Shown piece after piece: positions 1 to 12,030 of a DNA stretch of 64,000 nucleotides. The notes beneath the pieces are model-generated. The model worked only from the letters and a program-made list of their open reading frames with translations, was not told the DNA's origin and made no database searches. Source of the DNA: Hydrolagus colliei (lineage: Eukaryota); the NCBI GenBank assembly GCA_035084275.1, contig CM068763.1:5704001-5768000 (forward strand), written 5' to 3'. Numbering within the stretch: position 1 is the first letter of the stretch; every line of letters starts with the position of its first letter. The translations under genes were made by a program, and so were the position numbers.

Positions 1-140
1 TATCCAGAGCATTAATACTGAGCTTGTCACTACTACTGAGTGGTGGTCTGATGTCGGGTGTGTGCTCTTGTCCCCGTTCTTAGGTGTGTTTTCTAGCCCC
101 TGGCATTTTGTCTGTTCTGATCTTTGAGCTACAGATACCC

Positions 141-1055
141 TAATCCACACATTCATCATATCCAGGTTTGACTATGCAACCTGTCTGTTCGCCAGACCAC
201 CTTCCTTTATTTTGCCTGTACCCTATCCAGAACTCAGCTTGTGTCCTTTCCTGTACCATAAGCTTAGTATTCTCCACACCCCTTCCCACCTCACCGTGCT
301 AACCTGGATCCCCATTTTCCCAGCGGATTGAGTTCAAGATTGTTGTCCTCAACATTAAATTCCTCCATGGTCTTACCCCATCCAATATCTGTGACCTCAA
401 ACCTTACAAAATTTCCTTCTCCCTCTGCTCAGTTGGCACCATCTTACTTGATGTCCCCCAACTCTACCCTCTTCTACTATCGGTGGCCAGGCTTTCAGCC
501 TATTTGTTCCCCACTCCGGAACTCCATCCTGGAGTCCCTTCAACTAACCCCCCTTTCCTCTCTTCCTTCAGGTAAAGTCCTGTAGCTTAGAGGTTAGACT
601 GCTTACCTCGCAAGGTAGAGAAGCAGTGATCAATTTTTGGGCAGAGAGAAAGTAAGGTAAGTTTTTTTTACTCCACATATCTTACTTAGTAGTCAATAGG
701 AACCCGGTTGTTAGTCAATTGACATTTTTCCGGGGGTAGTATTCCCATCAAGAGACATATATATATTTAAAAAAAACAATCTAATCCATACCAGCTTGTG
801 GGACACTGGTGTATGCAATTGAATGTTGTGTCTCACCCCCAAAATACCCCAAATAGTCTATTCACTTTCCTGTATATTCTATGAAGCACTTTGAGAAGTT
901 TCAAAGACTGCACCTTCAATCACCTTTCCCCCCTCCATCCCCCCACCCTCGGCTCCCCCAGCTCGGGTGCTAATCTTGTACTGTCAGGACTTTGGGATAT
1001 GCTTCCAGACATGAAAGATGCTATCTAAATGTAAAGGTTTGTTGCTATTGTTGTG
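141..1055 (+). mobile_element. Degenerate L2-clade LINE 3' fragment, interrupted by a SINE at ~577-905
   Basis: Remnants of the L2 ORF2 C-terminus (IHTFIISRFDY; cagcggattgagttcaagatt = QRIEFKI), then a C-rich 3' UTR and tail 'ctttgggatatgcttccagacatgaaagatgctatctaaatgtaa...ttgttg'. Confidence 0.8.
577..905 (+). mobile_element. tRNA-headed Deu-type SINE, older long-middle subfamily
   Basis: Head 'gtcctgtagcttagaggttagac...cctcgcaag', 'ttactccaca', middle 'taggaacccggttgttagtcaattg', core 'ttgtgggacactggtgtatgcaattg'. Confidence 0.8.
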
Positions 1056-1404
1056 TCATTGATGGGTGCATGACCATGTCCCTATTGTTTAGTGTGCCCT
1101 CATCCTTGATGTTGAATGTGTGCCTTCTCTAGTCCCTGGTTTAATGCGTGCCCTAATCACTAACACTGGGTGGGGAACAGACAGTGCCTTGAAGCAGATC
1201 GTGATGGAGTAGTTTCCTAAACTCACCATGACATAATTCTGCTTGCCGGAAGCAGGCACATTAATAACTTGAGACTCCTTATTAAGAATTCCCATTAGAA
1301 ATAATCACATTTCATACCACAGTAGTGAAAGTTAAACAAGTGACTCTTTCAACAATGAGGTTAAATTCCAGCAGGATTTAACAGGATGTGGAATATTTTG
1401 AATT

Positions 1405-1680
1405 TGCCCCAATAATTACAATAAAACTTACATTGGATACACCACTTTTCATGCCAGGAGGACATCTCAAAACATAACTTTACTGTAAAGTGTAGTGATG
1501 GTATATTTTGCTGACTAACACAGTCACTAATAATAGCCATAAAGTGAATGTTTTATTCAGGTTGAATGTTGGTCAGGATGGGGGAGATATCCGCTTCTCT
1601 TTACAAGCAGTACCATTGGATTTTTAAAACCCACTTCAATAGGCAGACTTGGTTTAATGTCTCATCTGAAGGATGGTTAC
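1405..1680 (-). mobile_element. Old DeuSINE (SacSINE1/AmnSINE1-like) fragment
   Basis: Reverse-complement Deu segments such as 'ggtttaatgtctcatctgaaggatgg' and 'gttggtcaggat', plus the shared 3' tail. Confidence 0.7.
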
Positions 1681-1706
1681 AAGCTAAATGATTTCCAGCC
1701 TATCAA

Positions 1707-1842
1707 TGATAATAATAATAATCTTTGCATTTGATATAGCGCCTTATCACATTATTTAGACGTCTCAAAACGCTTCACAGGAAATATACTGTAAAGTGAA
1801 TTGCCTGTGTTTTGTGGGTGAAATGTGAATTGCACACTGCTG
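1707..1842 (-). mobile_element. 5'-truncated young SINE (tail plus part of core)
   Basis: (AAT)n followed by 'ctttgcatttgatatagcgccttatcac...acgtctcaaaacgcttcacag'. Confidence 0.85.
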
Positions 1843-2289
1843 TTATCTAAGGAAAGATAAGTGTTCTAAGTGCTCAGTGTTATACTGCCACACACAGGAT
1901 CAATCTGACAGTATTCTTCAAGTAATTTCTACACTCAATTGATAAACCAGAATGCTTTTATGTTTTAACTCATCGTTATTTTATTGCTGTTCTGCAGTTG
2001 GCATTGATCAGTGATCTACCGTTCGGAAACAAAGCAAAGACTTCATGCACTGAACTGGAGTGATCTTTCTCTATCCTTCTGCTAGATTCTATCATTCATC
2101 TGGTGTATTAAGTTGTCTGCACTGTCAAAGCAGCAATCTCAGCCATCAAATAGACGCACCTTTTCCTATCACTTTTACCAAGTAAATCCAGTCACTACTG
2201 ACTGAACCAGTGCTCTCTTTATCCTATTCCTCCTAACTTTTTGGGTCTAATGTTCACTGATTGTGAACAACTATAATCTGCTTGATAAC

Positions 2290-3990
2290 ATTTGTAGAAT
2301 AGGTCTGGTTAGGTGGTTTCGATATTGCATCCAGTTTTGGTTACACTGTTATAGTCATCTGATTTCACAAGACCACGAGATTGGTTGGGATGAAGAAGGT
2401 TGTTTGGCCCATCTGATCTTAACCTTCCACAGTACTCACCCCATCACAGCATCCAGCTGCTTTCTAAATGAGTACTTTGTCCTCTTCAAAGGCACGGTCT
2501 TCGACCGTGCCTTTGGCTGCCCCATTAACTCTTCCCCCTCTCCTTCTCCTTCCCTCTACTTTGACTCTCCTCCCCCCCAACCCCCCCTCCCCCACCCCCG
2601 CCACTTGGGTCCCGACCAGACTGTTCAGCACTTTGGGATGTCCTCCCGACGTGAAAGGCGCTATATAAGTGCAATTTTGTTGTTGTTGTTGTTGGCCTGT
2701 AGCACATTTGCTGGCAACCTGTTCTAATATGTGACCACCATCCTGGTGTCTGTCTTGAAATTGGCTTTTTGCAACTCTAAACCTCTTGTTCTTCTGTCTT
2801 GCTGTGTCTAAAATATCAATCTGCATTTACCTTTCCAATCCCATTTAATATTTTATACCTTTTGATTAAGTCTCTTTTGGATTGTCTTCTCTCAAGATTA
2901 AAACCTATAGCTTGTCTAATCATTGCTCATAATTCATCACTCTAACAACAGGGACATCTCCTCTATAGCCTGTAGGGTCCATGACATTATTCAACTTATC
3001 CTTCTGATAAGTCACTATGAAAGCTCTATGTGGAACAGTGCCACATGCACAATTGCCTATTGTGTTTGCCAACAAATAAGTAGAACCTATATTTCACACT
3101 AAAAATGTGAAGGGCTTTGAGGTGTCTTTATGAGGTGATAGGCATTATATTAAATTCAAGCTTTTAAAAATTATTATATTAAAGGCATCATAGCCATAGA
3201 TAGGGTACCAGGGAGATCCACTAGGATGATAGCAGATATGAAATAATATAATTTTATTTCACAAGACCACAAAATTGGTTTGGATGAAGTGACACTTTGG
3301 AAATATTTGATAAATTTGGACTGTTTTCCTTGGAATAGAGAAAGTTAAGGGAAATCCAATGGAGGTTTCCAAATTATGAATAATTTGCCCAGATAACTGA
3401 AGACTCAAAATATACAGTCTTACATATACAATATATACTGTGAAGCCCTTTGAGACATCGAAGATACAATAAGGTGCTATATCAAATGCAAGGATTATTA
3501 TTAAAACTCAAATGATCGGTGCATCAGTAATAAGAGAAGACAAATTGAGGATTATCACAACAGGAAAAAGGATGAGGTTGGAAGAAGTTGTTTTCCTGTA
3601 GGATTAACAAAATGTGAAATGTTTCACCACAGACAGCTTTTTTGTGAATAATCAAGTAACTTATCAGAAGGATATGTCAAATAATGTCACGGGCCCTAGA
3701 GGCAACAAGATATGAGCAATGATTAGACAAGCTAGACTATCCGAGTATCTTCAATCTTGAGAGAAAGCAACGCACAAGGGACTTCGTGCAAATATGTAAC
3801 ATTTCAAATGGGATTGACAAGTGGGTCCACAACAACATGCAATAAATAATCTAAGAAAAATAACCTTATAGTAAAACTATCAACAATAGTGGTGGGCTAG
3901 GATTCAGGTTGATGGTACCAATGGGAGAGTTTACTCCAGCACTGACACAATGAGCTGAATGTGCTCCTGCTGTGCTGTACATATTGTTTT
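2290..3990. mobile_element. Cluster of old CR1 LINE fragments on both strands with nested L2 and SINE tails
   Basis: Plus-strand CR1 RT remnants (ctggttagg...tattgcatccagttttgg; agatccactaggatgat; ggactgttttccttgga). Minus-strand CR1 3' end at ~2362-3000. CR1-like tail at ~3945-3985. Confidence 0.65.
2473..2695 (+). mobile_element. L2 LINE 3' end (type-A tail)
   Basis: 'tcttcgaccgtgcctttggc', C-rich tract, then 'gactgttcagcactttgggatgtcctcccgacgtgaaaggcgctatataagtgcaattttgttgttgttg'. Confidence 0.9.
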
Positions 3991-4264
3991 TCAGTTGCTC
4001 AGTCGATGTCTGATACATGAGGCAACCCATCTCTCTGCTTTAAAATAGACAAACCAGCCTGACAGTTCTACGTAATGCCACCCACACATGAAAATCTCCC
4101 CGTGTCTGGGATAGAATCCGCACGTCTACTTGAGGGGACAACAACCGCTTGCCTAATTGTGGAGGGTATTCAGTTGGCAAGACCCGGCCAGTATTCTAAT
4201 GGGCGGAAATTTTGGTTTGTGTGATCTGCTTTGTACTACTTCTGGTTTGATCTGTGTCACAGAA

Positions 4265-4328
4265 CAACACCAACATCGACAAAATTACATTTATGGAGTG
4301 CCTTTCACATAAGGAGAACGTCCCAAGG
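4265..4328 (-). mobile_element. Hairpin-only L2 tail micro-insertion with 7-bp TSD, in a CR1 3' end
   Basis: Flanked by 'cacagaa' at 4258-4264 and 4329-4335. The host continues as the minus-strand CR1 tail 'gaaggaggccatttggccc' to ~4470. Confidence 0.85.
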
Positions 4329-4914
4329 CACAGAAGGAGGCCATTTGGCCCATTCGTGCCTGTGCCAGGCTCTTGTAAGATCCAAATTATCCATACTAAT
4401 TCCACTTCCCCTGCTCTCTCCGCATAGCCGTGTAAATGTGTCCTCCCCAAATATGTTCCACTTCTCTATGTTATGTGGAATGGCTTTGGTGACACCAGGT
4501 GTCAATGTGATTTATTTATAATTGCAATTGGCCAAAGTCACTATGTAATGCTTACATGAATTTCAACCCAAAGGGAGGTAATTCATAGATTCAATATGAT
4601 TGTTACATCATGTGTCTTATGAAGTGGAAGAATTTCAGATGATAATATTTTGGTCTGAGCGTCGCCAGACTTCTGATTACAGAGAGAAGCAGATTTGAGC
4701 ATCAAACAAGTAGAAATTGGCCTCATGCAGCTGACATTCTGATGCAGTTGCTGCGCTGATTCATAGAATCTTGTGTCACGCTCCCTCGCTCACTCACTCG
4801 CTCAACCTGCAACAATGATGGCAGTCAAACCATTTTCAAAAGCTCCAGCAGAGTAAACCATGGTGCCAAAGTGTCTGAAACCAGTAGATAATTATCCATT
4901 GGAAGACTGCTTAT

Positions 4915-5145
4915 TCTAATCAAAGAGAATTTAGGAGCAACGACTTCACGCAGAGGGTATTTAAATTGTGGAACTCGCTGCCTGAAACGTTGGTTGAATC
5001 AGATCGTGTAGATGCAGTCAAGAAAAAGCTAGACTTCCACATGGGGGTGAGGGGAATAGAGGGCATGGGGAGGCAGAATGGAAAATAAACACCAACACAG
5101 ACTGGTTGGGCTAAGTGATCTGTTTCCATGCTGTACATTCTTTGT
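4915..5145 (+). mobile_element. CR1 LINE 3' fragment
   Basis: 'ttcacgcagagggtatttaaattgtggaactcgctgcctgaa' (FTQRV..LWNSLP) and tail 'gggctaagtgatctgtttccatgctgtacattct'. Confidence 0.85.
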
Positions 5146-6699
5146 GAATCTTTGGAAATGCTGTCACTTCAATTTGTAATAACTCATATGAAGCCTTTTG
5201 AGACAACAGCAACAAATTCCTTTTGTATGACTCATTTCACGTCTGTAGGAGTTGCAAGGCACTTAAGGATATGTTAGTGACACTTAAGGATGGGATGAAG
5301 CAGTAGATTAAATGCAAAGATATTACTATTATTACATATTGCAAATATTGTCTGACCCATCCAGAGATTGGGCCGTCCTCTTGATAGTGGAGCACCAGTC
5401 TGACCACAATACTCCTTGCATTAATATAAAGTCAAAGTGTCACGGTGTTTCAAAGTGCTTCTCAGGTGATTGTTGTCAAGTCTGGTGGCTGTGTGTTTGG
5501 CAGCTGTTTTGCCCACAATTTATTATGAAGGTTGTTGTCCAGGATACCAGGAGAAACTTGCTTCTCTTTTTGAAGTTGTCTTATCATCTTTAGCGTCCGC
5601 CTGAACAAGCAGATGGGTCTTCGGTTTAACATCGTATCTAAAGGATACCACAGGCTTCACTGCTTTTGTGTATCAGCCGAAACTATGAGCTCAAAAGTCC
5701 TGACAATGTAAACTCATCTCAGGAACTGAAGTTCTGAAAACTAGCTGACCATCTCAAAGATGTATTTCAGACCGAGCATGAATTATTAAGCTATGGAAAA
5801 TACAAGTACTCAGTTGTCTTCCTCCTATGTTTCCTCTGTAGGCTTTATGTTGTACGCTGGTGAAAGTTCACAAAGTGACTCGTTGCCATTCATAAATTAT
5901 GCAAAATTTCAACTGATAGTTAGTATGAATGCATTTGATTCAATTAACCTCATCATTGTTGGAAAGAAAGCTCCTCCTAATACAGAGTCGGAGATTCATT
6001 CAAGTCTTTCAAAGACCCAACGCAAACACAATGAGACCAATCGCCTTCTTCTTTGTTGAAAATTTGTATTATTTTAGGTTAACACAATAAAGAATGAGAG
6101 AACATTGGACTGATGGAAGCTTCGCATTTGTATTTGAATTTCTCAATTCATATTGTGAAGCCAGAATTTTCAATAAGACTTTCTTCTTTGTGTCTTTTGA
6201 GTTAAAATGTAAAACCTGTCAGAACATCTCTTGATGTGTCAAAGAGGTATCTTGTAGGAAGCAGTCAAAGATTCAATTACTGAATTTTTCCAATGAAAGA
6301 ATGTATGTTTTGTTACACCAGCTTTGGGTAAGAGCAGACACCTGTGTCACACTATTGCTTTAAGTCGTGCATGTAGTGTCCTCAAAGAATTTCCTTTGCT
6401 TTGATCCTTCTGTGCGGTTGATTATGTTATATAAAGCTTTTATTTTAATCTCTCTTTTACCTGCACAGTGTAGGGGTCTGAAAGCTGTTTTATGAAACTT
6501 CTATAAAATAGTTACCCTTGCTCTGTGAGCGATTCTTCGGAAGTAAAACACTGCACATTGTGACACACTGTACGTACTTTCATAAATCAAATAAACCATA
6601 TAAAAAAAGTATTGTAAAACTGAAGGTGTCTCAACTGATAAATCCCACCTTCTCATCACACAAATCCCATGTGATTTTATCACACATCAAGCTGACTCA

Positions 6700-7065
6700 T
6701 TGCTAGCACTCTTCCCTCCAAACCAGGTTGGGAGTTCAAGCCTCTCATAAGGATTTGAGCTCATAGTCTTTCTAGAGTCTAGACTATGAAAAATTAGTCT
6801 AGTCTAGACTAATACTCCAGTGAAATACTGGGGGAGAGCTGCTTTTTCAGAAGTTCTGGCCACAGGATTTCATGACATGCTTAATTTTCCTCGTGTCCCA
6901 GCCAACAATCCTTTCTATCATTTACCTCATATTATGTTTGTGGGATTTTGCAGCGTGAGAATTTGCTGGTGTGTTTGTCCGCAAAAATAAAATTATTCCA
7001 AGTTACAGTATTTACTGCAAGTGCTTTGAGACCCGATAGGCATTGTAAAAAGGAAAGTTTTTTAT
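6700..7065 (+). mobile_element. Old DeuSINE, degenerate
   Basis: 'tagcactctt...gggagttcaagcc', 'actccagtgaaatactggggg', 'gtgtcccagccaacaat', core 'tttgtgggattttgcagcgtgagaatttgctg'. Confidence 0.7.
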
Positions 7066-7099
7066 TTTCTCCAGAAGTTGTGTTTATATGTTACCCTTC

Positions 7100-7550
7100 A
7101 TGGAGAATAATGTCTCGGAGCATTTTGCAGTAATGGAGTTGGACAATAAGCAAAGAAGGAGAGGTGAGGGAGATGACTGTAGACATGGTCGATGATGTGG
7201 TTCTTCAGATGGGATTTTAAGACAGATATGGAGGACATGATTCGGAGGAATAGAGAAAGGGAATTTCAGAGGGTAGAGGAGTGATTGCAGAAGGCTCAGT
7301 CCTAAATGATAGCACAGAAAGGGCTGCAGGAGGTGCAGCAATGCCCAAATATGTCAAGCATTGGGGAAAAAAGAAGAGCAACAACAAATTGCAGTTATAT
7401 ATATTACACCTCATGCAGTGTAATATCATTGAGTGAAGAGTGTTCCAGAGTTTCAAGGCATAGTGGCTGAAAGAAGTATAGTGTAGGACTGGGGGGATAG
7501 ATATCTAGAGTGACAATGTGAGTGGTTGAGTTTATATCAGATATTCAATC
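7100..7550 (-). mobile_element. Degenerate L2 3' fragments
   Basis: Purine-rich reverse-complement L2 segments (gtgttccagagtttcaaggcatagtggctgaa) with an embedded (AAC) tail. Confidence 0.55.
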
Positions 7551-7984
7551 ACCTTCCAATCTGTCAGGTCTGTTTGTTGATTAAATGTCCCATCCCATAG
7601 GTTTTACACCGTGAATTTAATGCTGATGAAGTTACTTGCTTGCAGCTTGTAAGCATCCACAACTGAAAAGGTGAGGGAGAGAGAGGAAAATATCAATCAC
7701 ATTCCTGAACAATATCTTGTAGAATGACAGGTTGGATGAGCTTCTGCTGGCTGACAGTTTTGTAGTTTTGTATTTCATAGCACAATAAGTCCATCCATCT
7801 CAAGCATTTGGAACTATCCAGACAAGATAGTGTTTTGTGTGTTTGCTTTAGCATTCAGGAGCTTCAATGCATTGAGTTCCTATTCAATTGCATGTCACTG
7901 GCACATGAAGTGGGAGTTGACAGCATTGATGAATAACAGTCTTGCTTTGTTCTGCTTTTTAAAAAATCAACAGGAGTGTTGATA

Positions 7985-8186
7985 TCCATCAAAAAAAAAA
8001 AACACAACAACAATATTGGTCATTTCAATCCACGACTGTTTGTGGGACACTGCTGTGCGCACTTGGCTGCCGCGATTCGCCCACAAATATACAGTCAATT
8101 CACTTTACAGTATATTCTGTGAAGTACTTTGGGACATCGATAAGATGTGAAAAGCACTATATCAAATGCAAGGATTATTATTATTA
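7985..8186 (+). mobile_element. Young SINE, 5'-truncated
   Basis: 'ttggtcatttcaatccacgactgtttgtgggacactgctgtgcgcacttggctgccgcg...atcaaatgcaaggattattatt'. Confidence 0.95.
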
Positions 8187-8659
8187 ATGTTAAGTGATTC
8201 TTAGGCATTCTCTGGGTAAAAACTTTGTAAAGATCAATGGAAGCAGAGCATTCGACTGTGAATCATCACCAGTCTGCAGAGAGCAATACTGTACTGCCCA
8301 GGGAAGTTAGACTGGAATGTGGATCATTGCTCTTCGATAGGTTGTACTCCTGACTATCTGGTGGCACAGCCCTATCTTTTCTGTTAATGCCACAACACCA
8401 CACTATCTTATCCATTTAATACGAGTACAAAGTGACCAACGTTAACTTTTGAACCATGAGTAATTCCCATGTTCTATTGCCATGCCCCTTGACTCGGTCC
8501 AATCAAGTACCTTCATTCCAACAGCACTGTACCAGTGATCTTTTGGTATTTCATAATCACATTTACAATTTACTGCTGCAGTTTTTACTTTGGAGACCAT
8601 CAGACACCAGGAACGCCATTTATACTTTTCAAATTCATTTGAAGTACACACTAGTGCTG

Positions 8660-9560
8660 CCCATAGAAAAGAACACAGCCCTGGTCAAAGTCTCTAAAGC
8701 CATTTTAAACATCTGCCTCCTTGTGCTCCTTGACCTCTCTGCTGCCTTCGACATTGTCGATCACTCCATCCTCCTACACTGCCTCTCCTCCCAGCTCAAT
8801 CTTCACGGACCTGCCCTCACCAGGTTCGACTCTTATCTTTCTCACCGTCTACACTGTGTTGCCACCAACAGCTTCTCTTCCAGTACCCACATTGTCACCT
8901 GTGGTTTCCCTCAGGGCTCTGTCCTTGGCCCCATAGTTTTTAATATTGACATACTCCCCCTTGGCAGCATCATTCGAAGACATGGGATCAACTTCCATAT
9001 GCATGCAGATGGCACCCAACTGTATCTTTCTGCCTCTGCCCTCCACTCCAGGACCACTGCTGTCCTGACAGACTGCCTGTCAGACATCAAGTTCTGGATG
9101 TTAGCTAATGTTCTACAGTTGAATGTCAAGAAGACCAAGGCCCTCCGGATTGGTTCATGCCAGCACCTTCCCACATCAGGCCCTGGCAGCATCAACCTCC
9201 ATGGTTGCACACTCAACCTCACCAAGCCAGTCAGCAACCTAGGTGCCTTGTTCAATCTTAAACTGTTTTACCTCCCCCACATCCAAGCCAATTTGCTCTG
9301 CCTTCCCTCACCTCACAACTCTGCCCCCAACCTCTGGTATTCCATCCCACAGTCCCTCTGCCTTGCTCCCTCCCTAGCCTCCTGCAAGTCTTGCCTCAAG
9401 ACCCTCCTCTTTGACAGTCCCATTGGTCATCCCAAATCCCTTCCTTTCCCTCTACCCTCCCGATCCAGACCCCAGCTCAGGTCTGAAACATTGACTGTCC
9501 AGGGACTTTGGACATCCTGACATGAAAGGCGCTTTACATGTGTAATTTTATTGTTGTTCT
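8660..9560 (+). pseudogene. L2-clade LINE reverse transcriptase remnant with 3' UTR, 5'-truncated and internally deleted
   Basis: ORF 8456-9520 contains LLDLSAAFDIVDHSILL, GFPQGSVLGP, HMHADGTQLY (YADD decayed) and LQLNVKKTK. It jumps to the 3' UTR at ~9290 and ends in a type-A tail. Confidence 0.95.
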
Positions 9561-9859
9561 ATCCTAACCATGGGGCACTTGAGCTTCCTGTTTTTGGATC
9601 ACATGTTGTATACCTTGGTATAATCTACAAATGTAACTGGGTCTGAACAGCGATAGCTGTCAATTGTTAGATTATTTTCACACAGGTAACCTTCCATTTC
9701 CTGTTTGATTATTGTCCTTTTTTCCAATGGTTGATGTCAGGCTGGTGGGTCTATGGTTGCCTGGTTTAGTTTTGTGGCTTTTCTTGAATATGGGAACAAG
9801 ATCTGAATGCTTCTAACCCATTAACAGCAGTAGCTAAGCTAATAATAATCGTTTCTAAA

Positions 9860-10045
9860 AATTTGTTTTATTGGTCTCTCAATCCACACATGTTTATGGG
9901 ACGGCTCTGCTCAATGGACTGCAGTGTTTTGCCCACAAAATGTAGTAAATTCACTTTAGAGTATATTCCGTGAAGTGCTTTGAAGCATTTTGATGATATG
10001 ATAAGACTCCATATCATATGCAAGGGTTATGATTATTATTAATGT
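9860..10045 (+). mobile_element. SINE, truncated and diverged
   Basis: Core 'tgtttatgggacggctctgctcaatggactgc' and tail 'atatcatatgcaagggttatgattatt'. Confidence 0.8.
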
Positions 10046-11424
10046 TATTGGAATCTCCTCAATCCTGAATGAATCCCTCATAATCTGTCAGTGCTGCACA
10101 AATCTCCTGCATTGTCTCGCTAAAGCATCTGGGCACAGTTCATCCAACCCAGGGGATGTGTTTGGTTTTAAGTTGAGCCGTAATCTCATCCTCACTTATA
10201 TTAAAATTCTCTAGCTCAAACAGTGTTTGCTGGCCCCTGGGGGAATGTTTGTAAGTGTTCTCCCTGGTAAAAACGTCCATGCATTAGTGATTTAATATGT
10301 TTACTATGTCATTTCCCTTCTCTTTCTCAAGCCAATCTTCGCTATCTTCCTGTCACACTTGAAGACTTCCCAGTCAACTGTTTCTACAGTCACCTCCCCT
10401 CTTGCCCCAGCTTGCCGTCCTGCTCTGACACTGTCAAGCACTCTGGGATGTTACCATGCTTAAAAAGCTTTATACAAATGCAAATTGTTGTTGTTTGAAT
10501 CCATTAGGATTTTAACATCTTCCCTGACTACTCTCTGCTTGAAAGACATTTCGGGGGTGGGGGTGAGGGGATGGTTTGTGTTCAAGGTAATTGGTAAGAA
10601 ACAGCAACAATAACTACTTGCATTTATATACAGCCCATCATGCCAAATAGGAAGAACAGGAGTAAAAAATATATAGTTTGAAGTAAAGAGAGTGCTTTGT
10701 CTCATTCTGAATGTCATCCTTAATGCAAGCTGAGTGCTCTATGTTTGAAAGAGGTTTTGATTCCTGCCTAGTAGACAATGACCACCGAGGCCAACCTCAG
10801 CTTTAGTAACTCGGTACTTTCCATTAACATCTCTCAATTCAGGTCACAACCAATTTTGAAAAGAACGAAAGCCGCAGTTCCAGGCAATTGGTTCCTGAAC
10901 AAAGACGGATTGTGAAGGGATAATTTCACCTCTTCCCTGACGAACAACACAATTGATCAAATGGAAACTGCAACCGATCGGAAAACAGTCTTGTTTCACC
11001 AGCGTTGTTTCTGATTGCTTGCCGTCTTCGCACTTTGCTTAGCACTGAAATCTATTTTGGTTTGATTTGCACAGCAGGTCTCAGTCTTTAACATTGCAAT
11101 ATTTTCTTGCTTGATGCCTGAAAGGCACTTTTATTTTGGTTACGAATAGTAGAGCTCACCCAGGGGAGTCTTAACATTTTTGGTTGGTTTAATCTCAACT
11201 CATCAAAACAAGCAGCTGTCTTCGATACAGCATTGCTGACATCGACTTATCTCTGGCTTCTTTCAGCTGTAAAATGTGTCCTTTGTAAGAGAAAATTATA
11301 GTTTTTATTTTGTTCTATGTCTTGCATCTTAAGGCAAACATTATCAGTTGAAAATATACATAGAGTTTTTCTTCATCACATTCTTCACCATCTCTCTCAA
11401 TTGATCCTCGGGGAAAAAAATTAA

Positions 11425-11780
11425 ACTAGTAGCATAGCGGCTGAAGCACTTGCCTCGCAAAGTTAGAGGACTTGGGTTTGATTCCTAGGTAAGGAAAAAA
11501 ATAGGCAATTTCCTTACTCCACACCCTCCTATTTACCTAAAAATGGGTAGGAATCCTGTTGTTAATCGATTGGCAGATCGCTTTCCAGAGGTAATAATCC
11601 CTCATTAAAAAAATCATTCAATCTACGACTGTTTGCGGGACACTGTTGTGCACAATTGGCTGCCATGTTTCACCGACAAAATAGACAATCAATCTACTTT
11701 ACAGTTTATTCTGTGTAGCACTTTGAGACATCTCAATGATGTGATCAGGTGCTTTATCAAATACATGGATTATTTTTGTA
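11425..11780 (+). mobile_element. tRNA-headed SINE, older long-middle subfamily
   Basis: Head 'agcacttgcctcgcaaag...gggtttgattcc', middle 'taggaatcctgttgttaatcgattggcagatcgctttcc', then core and tail. Confidence 0.85.
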
Positions 11781-11834
11781 ACTTTGACCAAGTATTTAGA
11801 TTTTATACTGTATATCTAGAAAATCAGGATTGTT

Positions 11835-12030
11835 TTAGGGCAGCCGTGCTAGTGTCATGGATAAAGCTATGACTTAAGGACCAGGAGCTCTCTTGAATCT
11901 TGGACCATACTGAGTTTCCTTGTCTCAACCATGGCTGCATGGAAAGGTAATATTCACAGGTCAGGGAGAGAAAAAACATCCAAGGTTCTCGCTCTTGGTC
12001 CGTCCACAGCACTCTTTCTTGGATGGATGG
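11835..12030 (+). mobile_element. Ancient tRNA-related SINE of a different family (UCON3-like)
   Basis: 'ctgagtttccttgtctcaaccatggc' and 'ggtcagggagagaaaaaacatccaaggttctcgctcttggtc' resemble my recollection of the UCON3-type consensus; highly diverged. Confidence 0.45.

Noticed and set aside
4778-4806. 'cgctccctcgctcactcactcgctca' resembling plasmid ori or AAV ITR sequence
   Set aside because: It is a short degenerate (CTCA/CTCG)n microsatellite with no further vector or viral homology.
8456-9520. 354-aa ORF as a host gene
   Set aside because: Only the middle is L2 RT, with the catalytic motif decayed to HADG. The ends are read-through of flank and 3' UTR.
10850-10925. Acceptor-like 'tctctcaattcag' followed by a short open frame (similar at ~1998 and ~29900)
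   Set aside because: All frames stop within ~30 codons, there is no good donor site, and the peptides are unrecognisable.
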